Assembly: GCF_009914755.1 (NCBI RefSeq)
Contig: NC_060926.1
Strand: one strand, 5' to 3'
DNA: 64,000 nucleotides
From: the human T2T-CHM13v2.0 reference genome, Homo sapiens
The first letter of the stretch is position 1, and the number at the start of each line of letters is the position of its first letter. Of the stretch, positions 1 through 15,776 are shown piece by piece. Below the pieces are notes generated by a model, which was given only the letters and a program-made list of their open reading frames with translations, made no database searches and was not told where the DNA came from. The position numbers and the translations under genes were made by a program.

Positions 1-70
1 ACAGTGAGCTATGATCACACAACTGCACCCCAGCCTGGGCGACAGAGTGAAACCTTGTCTCAAAAAACAG
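1..70 (+). mobile_element. Alu 3' end (partial)
   Basis: cagtgagctatgatcac...cagcctgggcgacagagtga plus A-tail. Confidence 0.9.
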
Positions 71-453
71 TAGAATAAAAATCCACTGAGCTAGATGTAC
101 AATGACCCTTGTTAAAAGTCATTCATTTGAATAATTTGAGAGAATCACGCGTCAAAAAAACCTGGTCTAGGAAATAAAAGTGGGCTTTGATGAGGATAAA
201 CGTAGGCATTGAAACAATGAGTAGAAATGAATCAGCACAAAGTGTACAGTAGAAGAGGCTCAAGCACAGAACTGGACAGCAACACCTGAGAGATGGTGGA
301 AGAAGCCATTCATTTACTTGCCTGGAGGTACTGAATAGTAGTGGAGGCTGCGGGAATGTTATGCACAATGTCCACAACCTCATTAAATTAAGATAAACCG
401 CAAGCGTGCTTCCAACTTCTATAGCAAGCTAAAGCTACTATTTTGACACCTAA

Positions 454-798
<345 letters not shown>

Positions 799-1371
799 TA
801 ACATTATAATTTCTGTTTTAATCATGGATAGAAGCAGTAAAAACAGACTTATGAAAAATGAATCTGCAGTCTTAATAACACTCAATTATTCTGTTCCTTG
901 TCCCTTACATAAAGATCCTTACAGTAAACACCTCTTAAGATTCCATAGCAGAAAAAAATATCTCTCTGTCTTAACTGCCATGCTTCACTACATGGAATAA
1001 CAAAAGCATGTATGTCACCGTATTTGCGTTAATTTGCTCAGAAGGAAAGGAGAAGAGGTAGGACAGAGAAGGCTGTGATAGGGAAAGGGCATACCGGCAG
1101 CTCCAGGGTGCCGGCTAGGTTCTATTTCTCGATCTGGGTGTCACTCATGGTTTAAGCATTTTCTGCATGTGTAAATTCACAATATAAGAAATGTGAAAGA
1201 GATACTATTCCTAAACACAAAACTATAAACAATTCTATTAAACAATTATAAGAAGAGACACATAAGTTTTATGTGAAGAAAAGCACAAGCTTTTTACTGA
1301 AGTCTATAATAGAATCAATAAAATTATCTCTTATTCCTAAATAAGAAGACTCAGTCTTACAAAAAGATTAA

Positions 1372-1716
<345 letters not shown>

Positions 1717-2109
1717 CAATTCAGTATCTTTCAAAGTAACAAATTTTTTGAACTTGATGTATAATTCTAATATTTATCTAGAAGAATTAATGTTTTTAAA
1801 GGGCCAAGAAAAATCTAGAAGATAATATGGGGGAACTTGCTCTGAGATCAGAATATGTTATATGGTTTCAGAACCATATATGTTATATATATGAAACCAT
1901 GTGTTATATGGTTTCAGTCCAGAGAGTGTGGACAAGGGCAGATCAGCATAAACACAGTGTCCAAACACAGCATGTGTCCAAAACAGATCTTTTGAGTTCT
2001 TCCCTCTTTATGTGAACAACATTAGAATCCTACCCTTCAGACTTAAGCAGTGCCTAGATACTGGTTTCTCAACACCATTTGCCACTAAAATAAATTAGAA
2101 CTCTTTGGA

Positions 2110-2232
2110 GGCCGGGCGTGATAGCTCACCCTTATAATCCCAGCACTTTGGGAAGCCATGGCGAGAGGATCACTTGAGCCGAGTTTGAGACCACCCTGGG
2201 CAACATGGCGAGACCCCAACTCTAGTAAAAAA
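2110..2232 (+). mobile_element. FLAM / Alu left monomer
   Basis: Monomer ending in an A-run. Confidence 0.85.
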
Positions 2233-2576
2233 AGAGTTTTTTTAAGAACTCTTTAGAGAAATAACTTTAAGATAAACCTAGAATATTCTTCTGCCAGCAA
2301 GAAAGTATTACCAAAAGAAAAAAATGACAGGACTTCTCCAAAGGGCACAGAAAGGCAGTGGAGAGGCCCCCACTAGCCAAATGGGGAACAATTTAAGAAC
2401 CAAAATAAATATCGATGGTAATGGATTATAACCCATTGAATAAAATACAAATCCATGAGTCCGTATCAACAATAAATAAATAAAAAATGAACAAATGAGG
2501 GGAAAGTGTTTCTTACAGAAGAAGGCCAATTACTAAATGTAAAAGAAATAATGAACATTAGAAAAACTGCCATTTG

Positions 2577-2889
<313 letters not shown>

Positions 2890-3247
2890 ACCACTTTGCA
2901 ACCATCATAGCAATAACTGACTCAGGCAAGCATCAAAAATGCATGCTAAAACTAACAGGTGAAAGTCTAATAAGAAACAGGTATTTATATCATCTCAAAA
3001 TACCTCCCCACAAAGTACTCGTTACTTTACAAAGAGGGAAACGATAAAACCTAGCTGACACCACCTTCATCAAGTGATCAAAGTTAAAGTTGGCAATAAT
3101 GGGACAGAGATCACGTGCCTCGTGAAGTGAACCCCAGAGGACACCCCTCATTATGTGGGATTCCTGCCCAAAATGCATAACCTGATTCTAATCTCAAGGA
3201 AACATCGGACACATCCAAATTGGGGGATTATGTATAAAACAAATGGC

Positions 3248-3583
<336 letters not shown>

Positions 3584-5033
3584 TCAAGGTCATCAAAGAC
3601 AAAGGCTGAGGAAACGACCAGGAGTAAGAGAAACTAAATGCAAAGCGCTGTCCTGGACTGGATCCTGGACCAGAAGAAATAAATGCTGTCAAGAACATTA
3701 CTGGAAAAATAACAGAACACAGACTACAGAATGGGTATGATTGTGCCAATGTTAAATTTCCTGAATTTGACACTCGAACTGTGGTAATGTAAGAGAATGT
3801 CCTGGTTCTTAGGAAATAAACATAAAATTATTTAGGGGTAAAGAGGCACGATTTCTGCAATTTACTCTGAAATGGTTCTGAAAAGAAACAAATATCTGTA
3901 GAAAGGAAGATGATAGAGGCAAAATGTTCACAATAGGTGAAATGTGTAGAGAACTTATTTGTACTATCCTTGCAACTCTTCATTTCATCATTTTTTTTTT
4001 TAATACAATGATGCTTTAAAGTAAGCAGGAGATTGAATGGCAGATATAGGCTCAGTCTTTCATCAGCTCCTGAGTGGTAGAAAGGGATAGGAGTCTGAGG
4101 GCAGTCTCCATCTCCACATGCATTTTCTTGTTATGTTTTCAAATCACCCTCCCAGAGGCCAGCTTCAGCAAGTAGGAAGAATAAGCAGTCCCAGTAGAGA
4201 AATGCCGCACCCCTAATTCTAAAATGCTTCCCTGCTTTGAGGGGAACTGTCCATGCTTTTGGAAAGTTAGCTTAGAAAAAGTCCCTGGGGGCCCATGGAC
4301 TATTGGATAATGTCACAGGTATTTAGTTTCTAGCCCGGATGCTATTGCTGTTCTTAGTCCAAGACCCACAGCTATGAAAAGGCTCCAGAGGGGCCATTTT
4401 CGATCTCTCTCACATCCGTCCTTTGTTTCTAACTCCATTCTGCCACATTAAAAGAGTTCTCCACAACAACAGGGCAACTTCATATTCCATCTGGAAAGCC
4501 AACTCAGCTTTCTAGAACTTTCTAGAATTTTCCCTAGACTTTTCTCCATTTATATTTCCTGTAATACTATACAGCTTTCTTAAGGAAGAGAATTGTTTAT
4601 CTGCTTCCAGCATTCAGTTCACTTTAACATAACAGATGAAAAAATTCCTCCAAATTAATATGTTTGATAATTCCCTATTGTCAACATTAGTAGAAAAATT
4701 CTTATTTTTGCTTTTCTTAGAATCATTTCAATCGGTTTGTATGAGGGGTCATGGTGGGAAACTGAAGGAACTTTCATACTACCATCTTACTGGGAAGTGC
4801 CCAGTTTTGTTTATTGTTTTGTTTTTACTGTAGACAAAATCTAACTTTTTTAATTGTAGAAAATTATATGTTCAGCCTAGACAATGAAAGTACAAATTAT
4901 GTTTTGTACAAATTGTGTTTTGTGAACCTAAGATTCTAAAACAAAATTTCCAGAGAAACCACTTTGATTCTTCAACTCAAATATTTAGGTCAGTTTCCAG
5001 TGAAAAGGGTAACTCTGGGCTTTCAAAGACTTA

Positions 5034-5110
5034 CAAGGCTAAACCGTATAAAATTGCTGATATTTGATCCTTTTTGGCAAAAATGGTAATTTCATATGAA
5101 ATTGTTCAAC
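5034..5110. mobile_element. MADE2-like mariner MITE
   Basis: aaccgtataaaattgc...ggtaatttcatatg..gttcaac inverted structure, ~80 bp. Confidence 0.5.
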
Positions 5111-5342
5111 AGTATAAATGAATGATTAACACAAACAAAAAGCACCAATAAGTCACATCTAATGTGTGGTGAATAAAAACAGACCAGAGAACTTTATTTT
5201 TTAAACAATAGTAACTTCTTATCAGCAAGATGTACAAGATACTACTAAATTCAGAGCTAGTGTTAAAAACTGGCTTTTTGTATTGAAACAAAAACTACCA
5301 AAAGTTAAACCCACTCTTTATTTCTTAATTTAAAACATTTTA

Positions 5343-5699
<357 letters not shown>

Positions 5700-6149
5700 G
5701 TAGTCATCTGGTTCAACCTCAGTACCACATTGAACGGATACAATTCTTTCCACAGATAAATTTTTTTTAAATATGAATGAGGAAGGTTTTTAGTAAGATT
5801 CCAAAATTTAACAAGCTTTACTTCTCAGGAAGCCACTGCCTTTGAAAAATGTTTTATTTCACTTTTTAAAGATTTCACATGCATCACTCTTACACAACCA
5901 TTTTAAATTAGAAAGAAGATGGCCTAGATGAAATTGCAGAAAATTTCCCACTTATAAACCTCTTAAGCATAAAGAAAAAAAAATAAAAGAACTGGATTCA
6001 GAGGGTGGTTTAGGAGAACTAATGCCATAAAAAGCCAAAAGACACAGTGAACAGCAGTCCAAATGAAACAGGCTGAAAGAACAGAACTTGAACAGACAAT
6101 TCTAATTAGAATGGATAGCTAAAACTTACAAACGAGACCAAGTATCTCA

Positions 6150-6330
6150 TTGTTTCCTGAATTTATCATGCATAAGAACCACCTAAAAGGGCTCATTAAA
6201 ACACAGAATTCTGGACTTCACTTCCAGGGATCCTGATTCCATGGTCTGAGGTGGGGCCCAAGAATTTCTAACAAGCTCCCAGGTGATGCTGATGTGCCAG
6301 TCCCAGGTCCATGAGCGGAGAAGCCCAGAG
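6150..6330. mobile_element. MER5-type hAT MITE
   Basis: ggtctgaggtggggcccaagaatttctaacaagctcccaggtgatgctgatg. Confidence 0.75.
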
Positions 6331-6934
6331 GTAGCCAGCATTGTCCTCGGGGTAGTTCTAGACTCGAGCAACCTAGAAGTTTATGTAGTTCTAGTCTACC
6401 AGTTCCTTCTCCTCTCCCTTCCTCTGGCCCACAGGTTAAGGGTTCCAGGGACAGGGGGCGCTCATTAAAATGTTTAGGGCCGTAATCCTGAAGATTAACT
6501 TGGGACAGAGAGGGTTTTCCAAGTATCCAGTGAACACCAGTTTCAAAGGTCTCTTACATGGCATTATCAAGATTATTCTGGTTTTGGAGTACTCCAGTCA
6601 GGATCCAACACATACGCATGGATTCTGAAAATAGCTGCACCCTTCTAAATTCAAAAGGGAAAATGGGGCTCATAGATATACAGGATCATACACTTTATTT
6701 AAATTAAAATAATGAAAATAATTCATTTACTCCCTTATGTTTTCAGTATACTTACAAAACAGTGACTAGTGAATACCAAATCGGCTATGGTTGAAATATT
6801 TTCTGGAACGCAACCACTATTTCTCTAAGCTGTCGGCTAATATAATCATTAACAGTGTCATTCAAAACAAACTTCCAGGTAGAGGTTTAATAAGTTAAAA
6901 TCTATCCCCTGACCTAATAAACATAACACCTTAA

Positions 6935-7253
<319 letters not shown>

Positions 7254-8768
7254 TAAATAGACGTAATAATTTTCCTTGACTTCCCTTGGGAAAGGGCAAT
7301 CTCTTTTTAGTAAGTTCATCGTGAAGTCCCAAATTCCCTTATAATAATAAAATGAGGAACTATAAAAATTCATAACTCATGATAACATTCATTAGAGTAC
7401 ACTTAGCTATATGTTTATAACAGCTCTTCACTTCTAAAAATATTAACAATGATTGTATTCAACCTGACTTTTTAAAATTCAACAACCACAAGGAGCTTGG
7501 AGTAAAAATTATCAGGTGGTTATAAACTATTTTCCTTAAGTACTTTAAAGTTACTGGGAGACACTTCTTCATAAAGGTGTATTTCATTCTAAAAGGAAAA
7601 TTAAAAACATTTTGTATTCTGAAAGCTATAATGCGCTGTATTTTCCTATGAAGAATCCTCAAGACACAGCATTAGAATTCTAATGTAGTTCTACATTAGA
7701 ACTACAAAGATAACTACATAGTTATCTAATGTAGAACTATGTAGATAGTTGTAACTGTTACAAACATATAGCTAAGTGTACTATGTAGATAGTTCTTCAT
7801 TAGAACTATCTTTAACTAAAAAGCAGGGTACTGATAATTAACCAGTCACACACTATGGAGTAGCTCTACTAACAAGCGTGTCCTCTTACTGCATGTCCCT
7901 AGCTAGATCTGGATATTCCTTGTATGACCTATTTCATGCTTTCTCCTTCTTCCCTCTTCTCACTTTCCTTTTGCTCATTCATTTCCACCTTCCCCCTCCT
8001 AATATTCTTCTGCAAAGTCCTTTTCAAATTCTTCTGTGTTTCTTTTCTGGACTTATTTTCAATCAAACTACTGCTCTCACCTCTTTCTTTTCATGTTATT
8101 CATGCTCCCCCCACCCACCCCACAATAGCCCTGTCTCCTTTTTCTTTGTTTCAAATTACTGAGGACTTTATTTCTCCATGTGAATGGTTTAAACAGTCCA
8201 CTCACTTGCCCTGCAGGCCCAGACCAAAATCACAGCTGACACCATTTCCAACACCGGCTAGTGCTTCCAGGCTGCGGCACTCCCACTTTAACTGTGGGAA
8301 CTTGACAGACTCACCCTGTGGTCTTATGAAAGGGGCCTAGTGAACCAGAAGATGCCTCAGACTGAAAAAGGAAAAAAACAAATGAACCTGCCTCACTACA
8401 GGTGAGGCAGCAGTGAGAATGTGAGCTACAGCCTCCTCCACCCTTGTCTGACTCTTCCAATAGTCCACTGATGATGAGACAGGTGAGGATATAGGTTATC
8501 AAGATTTTATCTTCCCATCCCATCTGACTCCTCCTTAACCCTCAGTATGTCACCAAGGTCCGCCGCACCCAAATTTAGCTATCGTTTCTTTTTTGAAATC
8601 TTCTATTTTTAAGGACTGATACTTCATGGCTTTTAGTCTTTCTTAGAAACCTCCCAAAGGATAAAGGGAACATCTGGGCTTTTTTTAAAACAAAAAAAAA
8701 GAATATAACTCATTCTGTCTAGCAATTACCATATGAGTCCCTCAGACTGTTTTATAAATCTAAGACAC

Positions 8769-9354
8769 TGTCGCAAGCGGACTCTGCAGTGACCCCAGTG
8801 ACCCTCGTCCTTCTGGTATTCACAGACTTCCACAACCTCTGCCCCTTGAGTGCAGGCAGACACAATGACTTGCTTCTAATGAACAGAATATGGCAAAGGT
8901 GATAGGCGTCATTTCCAGGATTATGTTATATTACACAGGACTCCATCTCATATAACATCTATAGTGTATAGTATAATATATGGTGTCTATAGACTTCCTA
9001 GCTGACTTTGAAGAAGTAAACAACTAAACCGAAAAGCCCATGTGACAAAGAGCTTAGAGCTGCATCCCAGAAAACAGCCAACAACAAGCCTGGGCTCTCA
9101 GTCCTACAGCCACAAGGAAATGACTTCCGCCAACAGTCTGGATAAGCTTGGGAGTGTATTCTTTACGAGTCAGGTCTCAAGATGATAGTGTAGTCCAGCT
9201 GACACCTCAGTGTATCCTTTTGAGAGCCCAGGTAGAGGGCTCAGTTAAGCCATGCCCAGTTTCCTAGCCCACAGAAAATAAGAGATAATAAATGTATCAT
9301 TTTAAACCACTAAACTTGTGGTAATTTATTATGCATAAATAGATAAATAATACA
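8769..9354 (+). mobile_element. MaLR solo LTR (MLT1-type)
   Basis: TG...CA ends; tgacttgcttctaa..agaatatggcaaaggtga and ttttaaaccactaaacttgtggtaattt..taataca MLT1 motifs. Confidence 0.8.
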
Positions 9355-9359
9355 GATAT

Positions 9360-9889
9360 AGGATCTCAGTGAGCCTATTTTTTCTATATCTTAAAACTTT
9401 TTGCTATTTTATTGTCCTAAGAATTACTTTACAATTTTATAATTATTCATCAATCATTCCTAATCATGCTAAAAAAAACTAAATAAAATGGAAGAATGAT
9501 AGAACCACCTGGAGGATGGTACATAGTGACATAAATCACCACTATTATATCATCTTTTAGTTTTCTTATTGTGTTTCTAAGACTACTGGCATCATCTTTC
9601 AGGATAGCATAAAAGAAGTTCAAAAACACTACTTTGTAGTCTTCTGTAACCTTTGCTGAAAACAACTGGGAATTCAGGATTTTTCCTTTTTGTACCCAAA
9701 ATGGCAAAAAGAAGAAAAGTTACAGCAAAGACATCTGACAACTGTAGGACAAATCAGAAAATGAATGTAGAAAGCAGGTAGTATCACTATAGACTCTAAT
9801 AATGGTGGTGAAATTGATCATAAAAGCAAAATCTCAGACTATGAGTCTTCAGATGACAATATCCTTGAAGAACTTTCTCTAATTCAGAT
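9360..9889 (+). mobile_element. piggyBac-superfamily DNA transposon fossil (Looper-like), 5' part
   Basis: ATGGCAAAAAGAAGAAAA (MAKRRK) at 9701, followed by an acidic IDSNNGGEIDHKSKISDYESSDDNILEE remnant. Matches the recalled Looper consensus. Left boundary uncertain; it may extend to ~8705 across the MLT1. Confidence 0.6.
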
Positions 9890-9983
9890 GAGACTTCCAG
9901 TTCCAGACCAAGATGGAATAGACACACTTCTCTCTATGCATCCTGCTAAACACAATTATAAACCCAGATATTATAAATAAGAA

Positions 9984-10390
<407 letters not shown>

Positions 10391-11612
10391 TCATATATCC
10401 TAGAATGGGAACTAGAAAAGTCGGCAACCTGAAAATACCAACAGGAGCACAAAAAAAAAAGGACCAAGAAAAGCCTGCTAACTCTATGCAAAGGACTCAG
10501 TAAAGGGCAACCCAGCAGGACAGAAAACGTCAGACAATCACCACTCTACTCCAGCCATATACCATGAAAACACATGGTCCCATCCCCACTCTATCAGCAA
10601 TGGCCAGGCAGGGAGCCTAGACTTCCACCCTTGCCCAACTGTTACTAGGCCCCCTGACACCCATAATATGTGGATGGGGTCAGGAAAGACTGAGTGAGGG
10701 AGCTGGGACTTTCACCACCCTCCACCAGTAATGAGCCTCCTGGTGAGGTGTGAGTGGAGGCCACAGGAGAAGCAGTAGCAGGGTCCCTTCTCCCCTCTTA
10801 GCAAGTGTGGCATCAGCACAGGACTTACGGGAAACTGACCTCCCAACCCTGCACAGCTGGAAGGAGGAATCCCTCCCTGCTGGGTACTGATGGATGCTTT
10901 GGACTTTCATCCCATTCCCACCAGCATAATGAGGTGGCACAGCCCGTACCCTCCCAAAATGATGTCAGAAAAGGCCAGCTATGACAGACAATGTAAATAA
11001 AAGCCAGAGTCTTATAATAAACACCCAAAATGCCTTGGACACAACTGAAAATCACTCATAATATTGAGAACCAGGAAAATCTCAACATCAGTGAGAACAA
11101 ACTATGAACAGATGCCAACACCAAGATGACGCAGATGTTGAAATTACCTTGTAAGGATTTTAAAGCAGCCATCATAAAAATGCTTCAATGGGTACATTAA
11201 ACAAATTTTTAAAACTGAAACCCTAAGCAAAGAAATAGAAAATATAAATAAACAAATGGAAGTTTCAGAATATGAAATATAATAATTGAAACAAAAAAAA
11301 CTTAATGGGTGAGCTCAAGAGCAGATGGAGAGAATCAGTGATCCTCAAGAAAGACAACAGCAATTGCCCAATCTAGTCAAAAGAGAGAATATAGACTAAG
11401 GAAAAAATCAACAGAGCCTCAGGGACGTTTGGAACTGTAACAAAAGATCTGAGATCTAACACTGCTATCATCAGCAACACAGAACATACAGAAAGAGGGC
11501 TATCATCAGCAACACAGAAGAACATAGAGAAGCAACATAGAGAAAGAGGGTGGGGTGGGAAAAGTACAGTCCTGCCCCATATATGTCCAGGGGTCTTGTA
11601 AGATTATAATGG

Positions 11613-11893
11613 AGGCTGGGCGCAGTGGCTCACACCTGTAATCCCAGCACTTTGGAAGGTTGAGGCAAGAGGATCGCTTGAGGCCAGAAGTTCAAGACCA
11701 GCCTGAGCAAATCAGTGAAACCCCATCTCTACAAAAAATACAAAAATTAGCTGGGTAACGTAGTCCCAGCTACTAGGGAGCTGAGGCGGGAGGATCACTG
11801 GAGCCTAGGAGGCTGATGGTAAAGTGAGCCATGCTCACACCACTGCACTCCAGCCTGGGCATCAGAGCAAGCTCTGTCTCAAAAAAAAAAAAA
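11613..11893 (+). mobile_element. AluJ (in Tigger3)
   Basis: TSD aagattataatgga / aagattataataga. Confidence 0.92.
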
Positions 11894-12549
11894 GATTATA
11901 ATAGAGCTGAAAAATTCCTATCGCCTAGTGACACTGTAGCCATTGTAACAGCATAACACAATGCATGACTCACATGGATGTGGTGATGTTGGTGTAAATA
12001 AACCTACTGCACTGCCAGTCATGTAACAGTCTAGCACATACAATTATGTACAGTACACACTTGATAATGACAATCAACTGTTACTGGTTTATGTATTTAC
12101 TATACTATGCTTTTTATTGTTCTTTTACAGTATACTCCTTCTGCTCATAGGAAAAAAAGTTACCTGGAAAACAGCCTCAGGTCCTTCAGAAGGTATCCTA
12201 GAAGGAGGCACTGTTCTCATGGGAGATGACAGCTTCATGTGTGTTACCGCCCCTGAAGGCCTTCCAGTGGGACAAGATGCGGAGGTGGAAGACTAGGAAA
12301 CTGATGATCCTGACCCTCTGCAGGCCTAGGCTAATGTGTATGTCTCTTCCTTTTTAACAACAATGTTTAAAAAGTAAAAAAATAATAAATTTTAAATAGA
12401 AAAAGCTTATAGAATATGAATATAAAAAACAAAATATTTTATGTGGTTATACAATGTGTTTGTGTTTTAAACTTAGTGTTATTACAAAGGAGTCAGTTGA
12501 AATTTTTTTAAGTTAAAAAGTTACAATAAGCTAAGATTAATTATTAACA

Positions 12550-12847
<298 letters not shown>

Positions 12848-13952
12848 GGTTAATTTATTTTTGAAGAAAGAATAATATTTTTATAAACTGAGTATATCCT
12901 TAGTTCAGTATTTGTGAAGGCTATGGCAGTCTACAGTGGTGTACAGTAATGTCTTAGACCTTCACATTCACTCCCCACTCACTCACTGACTCATCCAGAG
13001 CAACTTCTACTCCTGCAAGCTCCATTCATGGTAAGTGCTCTCTACAGGTATACTGTTTCGCCTTTTATACGGTATTTTTACTTTATCTTTTCTATGTTTA
13101 AATATATTTAGATACACAAATACTTACCATTGTGTTATAATTGCCTATGGAATTCAGTACAGTAACATGCTATATAGGTTTGTAGCCTAGGAGCAGTACG
13201 TAGGTGTGTAGTGGGCTGTACCATCTAGGTTTGTGTAAGTATACCCTATGATGTTCACACAACAAAACCACCTAACGATGCATTTCTCAGAACACATCCC
13301 CATCATTTAGTGACACATGACTGTACTTGGAGAAATAATAGCTAGAATTTCCCAAATTTGGTAAAACACATAAACCTACATAAAGATTCAAGAAGCTGAG
13401 CAAAACCCAAACAGGATAAACCTGAAGAAACCCATGAAAAGAAACACCACAATTGAACGTTAGAAAACTAGAGACAAAGAAGAAATCTTGAAATCAACCA
13501 GAGGGAAAACACACATGACCTACTGGGGAAAAGATTTTGAATTACAGCAAATTTCTCATCAGAAACCATGGAGATCAGAAGGAAATGGCACATTTTTTAA
13601 GCACTAAAAGAAAAGAAAAAGAACTGTCAATCTCAAATACCATCTCTGGCAAAACTATCTGTAAGGAATAAAGGGAAAATCAAGATATTCTTATAAAAAA
13701 GAAAACTGATGGAATTTGCCATCAGCAAACCTATCTGAAAAGAATGGCTAAAGGAAGTTCTTAAAAAAGAAAGGAAATGATAAAGGAAGGAATCTTGCAA
13801 CATCAAAAGGGAAAAACTGAAAAAGAGAAAAAAATGCAAGGAGACATTCCTTTTCTCGAGTTTTCTAAATTATGTTTGATGGTTGAGGCAAAACGGTAAC
13901 ATTGTCTGATGTGGTTCTCAATGTAAAAGAAATATTTAAAACAATTATAAAC

Positions 13953-14140
13953 AGGCTAGGCAACAAAGCGAGACCCCATTTCTATAGACAAATTAAAGAA
14001 TTAGCTGGGTGTGGTTGCACGCATCTGTGGTCCCACATACTTGCGGGGGCTCAGGTGGGAAAATTGCTTGAGCCTTAGAGGTTAAGGCTGTAGTGAGCTG
14101 TGACAGAGTGAGAGCTTCTCTCAAAAAAAAAAAAAAAAAA
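13953..14140 (+). mobile_element. Truncated AluJ/FRAM
   Basis: Partial left arm plus right arm with A-tail. Confidence 0.85.
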
Positions 14141-14985
14141 GATCAACTGGGGAGGGCAAAGGACTTTAAAGGAAATAGTTTCATACTTCACTCAAACTGA
14201 TAAAACGTCAACCCCTGTAGACCACGGTAAGTTATATATGTACACTGAAATACCTAGAGCAACCACTCAAATATCTATACAAAGGAATACACTCAAAAAC
14301 ACTACAGATGCATCAAAATGGAATTTTGAAAACTGTTTCAGGAACACACAAGAAGTCAGGAAAAAAAATTAAAACACTGAAGGAACAAACTACAAAGAAA
14401 AATAAAATGGTAGACTTGATTAAGCCTAACGTAACAATAATCACATTAAATGTAAATGGTCTAGAGCTCTTGTTCTCTCGATTCATCCTCCACCCTAGCC
14501 CCAGCTCCAGCCTGGCCCCAGCCCCAGCCCCAGCCACCCACCCACCATGGTGAAGGCAGAGCTGGCCCAGCAGGCTAAGCACTGTGACAACATGGCCACC
14601 TACACGAAGGCCATGACCAAGTGGGGCACCCAGCTGTCCAGCAAGGAGCGCAATCTGCTCTCAGTGGCCTACAAGTATGGGGTCAGGGACTACAGGTCCA
14701 CCTGGAAGGACATTTTGGGCACTGAGCAGGAAACTGACACCTCCGACATGAAGCTGCTACTGATTAAGTACCATAGGGAGAAAGTGGAGTCTGAGCTGAG
14801 ATCCACCTGTCCCATGGTCTTGGAATTTTTGGATACACCATGGTCTTGGAATTTTGGGATAAGTATTATATTCAATAGCCAATGCAACTAATCCAGAGAG
14901 AACCGTCTTCTATCTGAAAGTAAAGGGGGATTACTTCCAGTATCTTGCTGAAGTTGCATGTGGTAATGATCAAAAACAGAAGGTA

Positions 14986-15269
14986 GGTCAGGTACAGTGG
15001 CTCATGCCTATAATCCTAGCACTTTGGGAGGCCGAGGTGGGTGAATCACCTGAGGTCAGGAGTCGAGGCCAGCCTGGCCAACATGGCAAAACCCCACATC
15101 TACCAAAAATACAAAAATTAGCTGGGTGTGGTGGTGCATACCTGTAATCCCAGCTACTCAGGAGGCTAAGGTAGGAGAATCACTTGAACCCAGAAGGCGG
15201 AGGTTGAGTGAGCTGAGATAGCACCACTGTACTCCAGCCTGGGTGACAGAGTGAGACTCCATCTCAAAA

Positions 15270-15300
<31 letters not shown>
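14986..15300 (+). mobile_element. AluS inside YWHAQ pseudogene CDS
   Basis: TSD-like aaaacagaaggta / aacacagatggta; pseudo-CDS resumes with gataattcccag. Confidence 0.95.
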
Positions 15301-15348
15301 CACAGATGGTAGATAATTCCCAGGAGCTTACCAAGACACATTTGATAA

Positions 15349-15776
<428 letters not shown>

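Noticed and set aside
4890-4923. 16-bp tandem duplication GTACAAATT(A/G)TGTTTT
   Set aside because: Ordinary slippage duplication with no further structure.
7670-7811. CRISPR-like or miRNA-like array
   Set aside because: No regular repeat-spacer period and eukaryotic context; the hairpins are short and overlapping rather than a ~70-nt pre-miRNA stem.
14547-14891. 114-aa 14-3-3-like ORF as a functional gene
   Set aside because: Deletion, frameshifting duplication, Alu insertions, TSD and poly(A) remnant mark it as a processed pseudogene.
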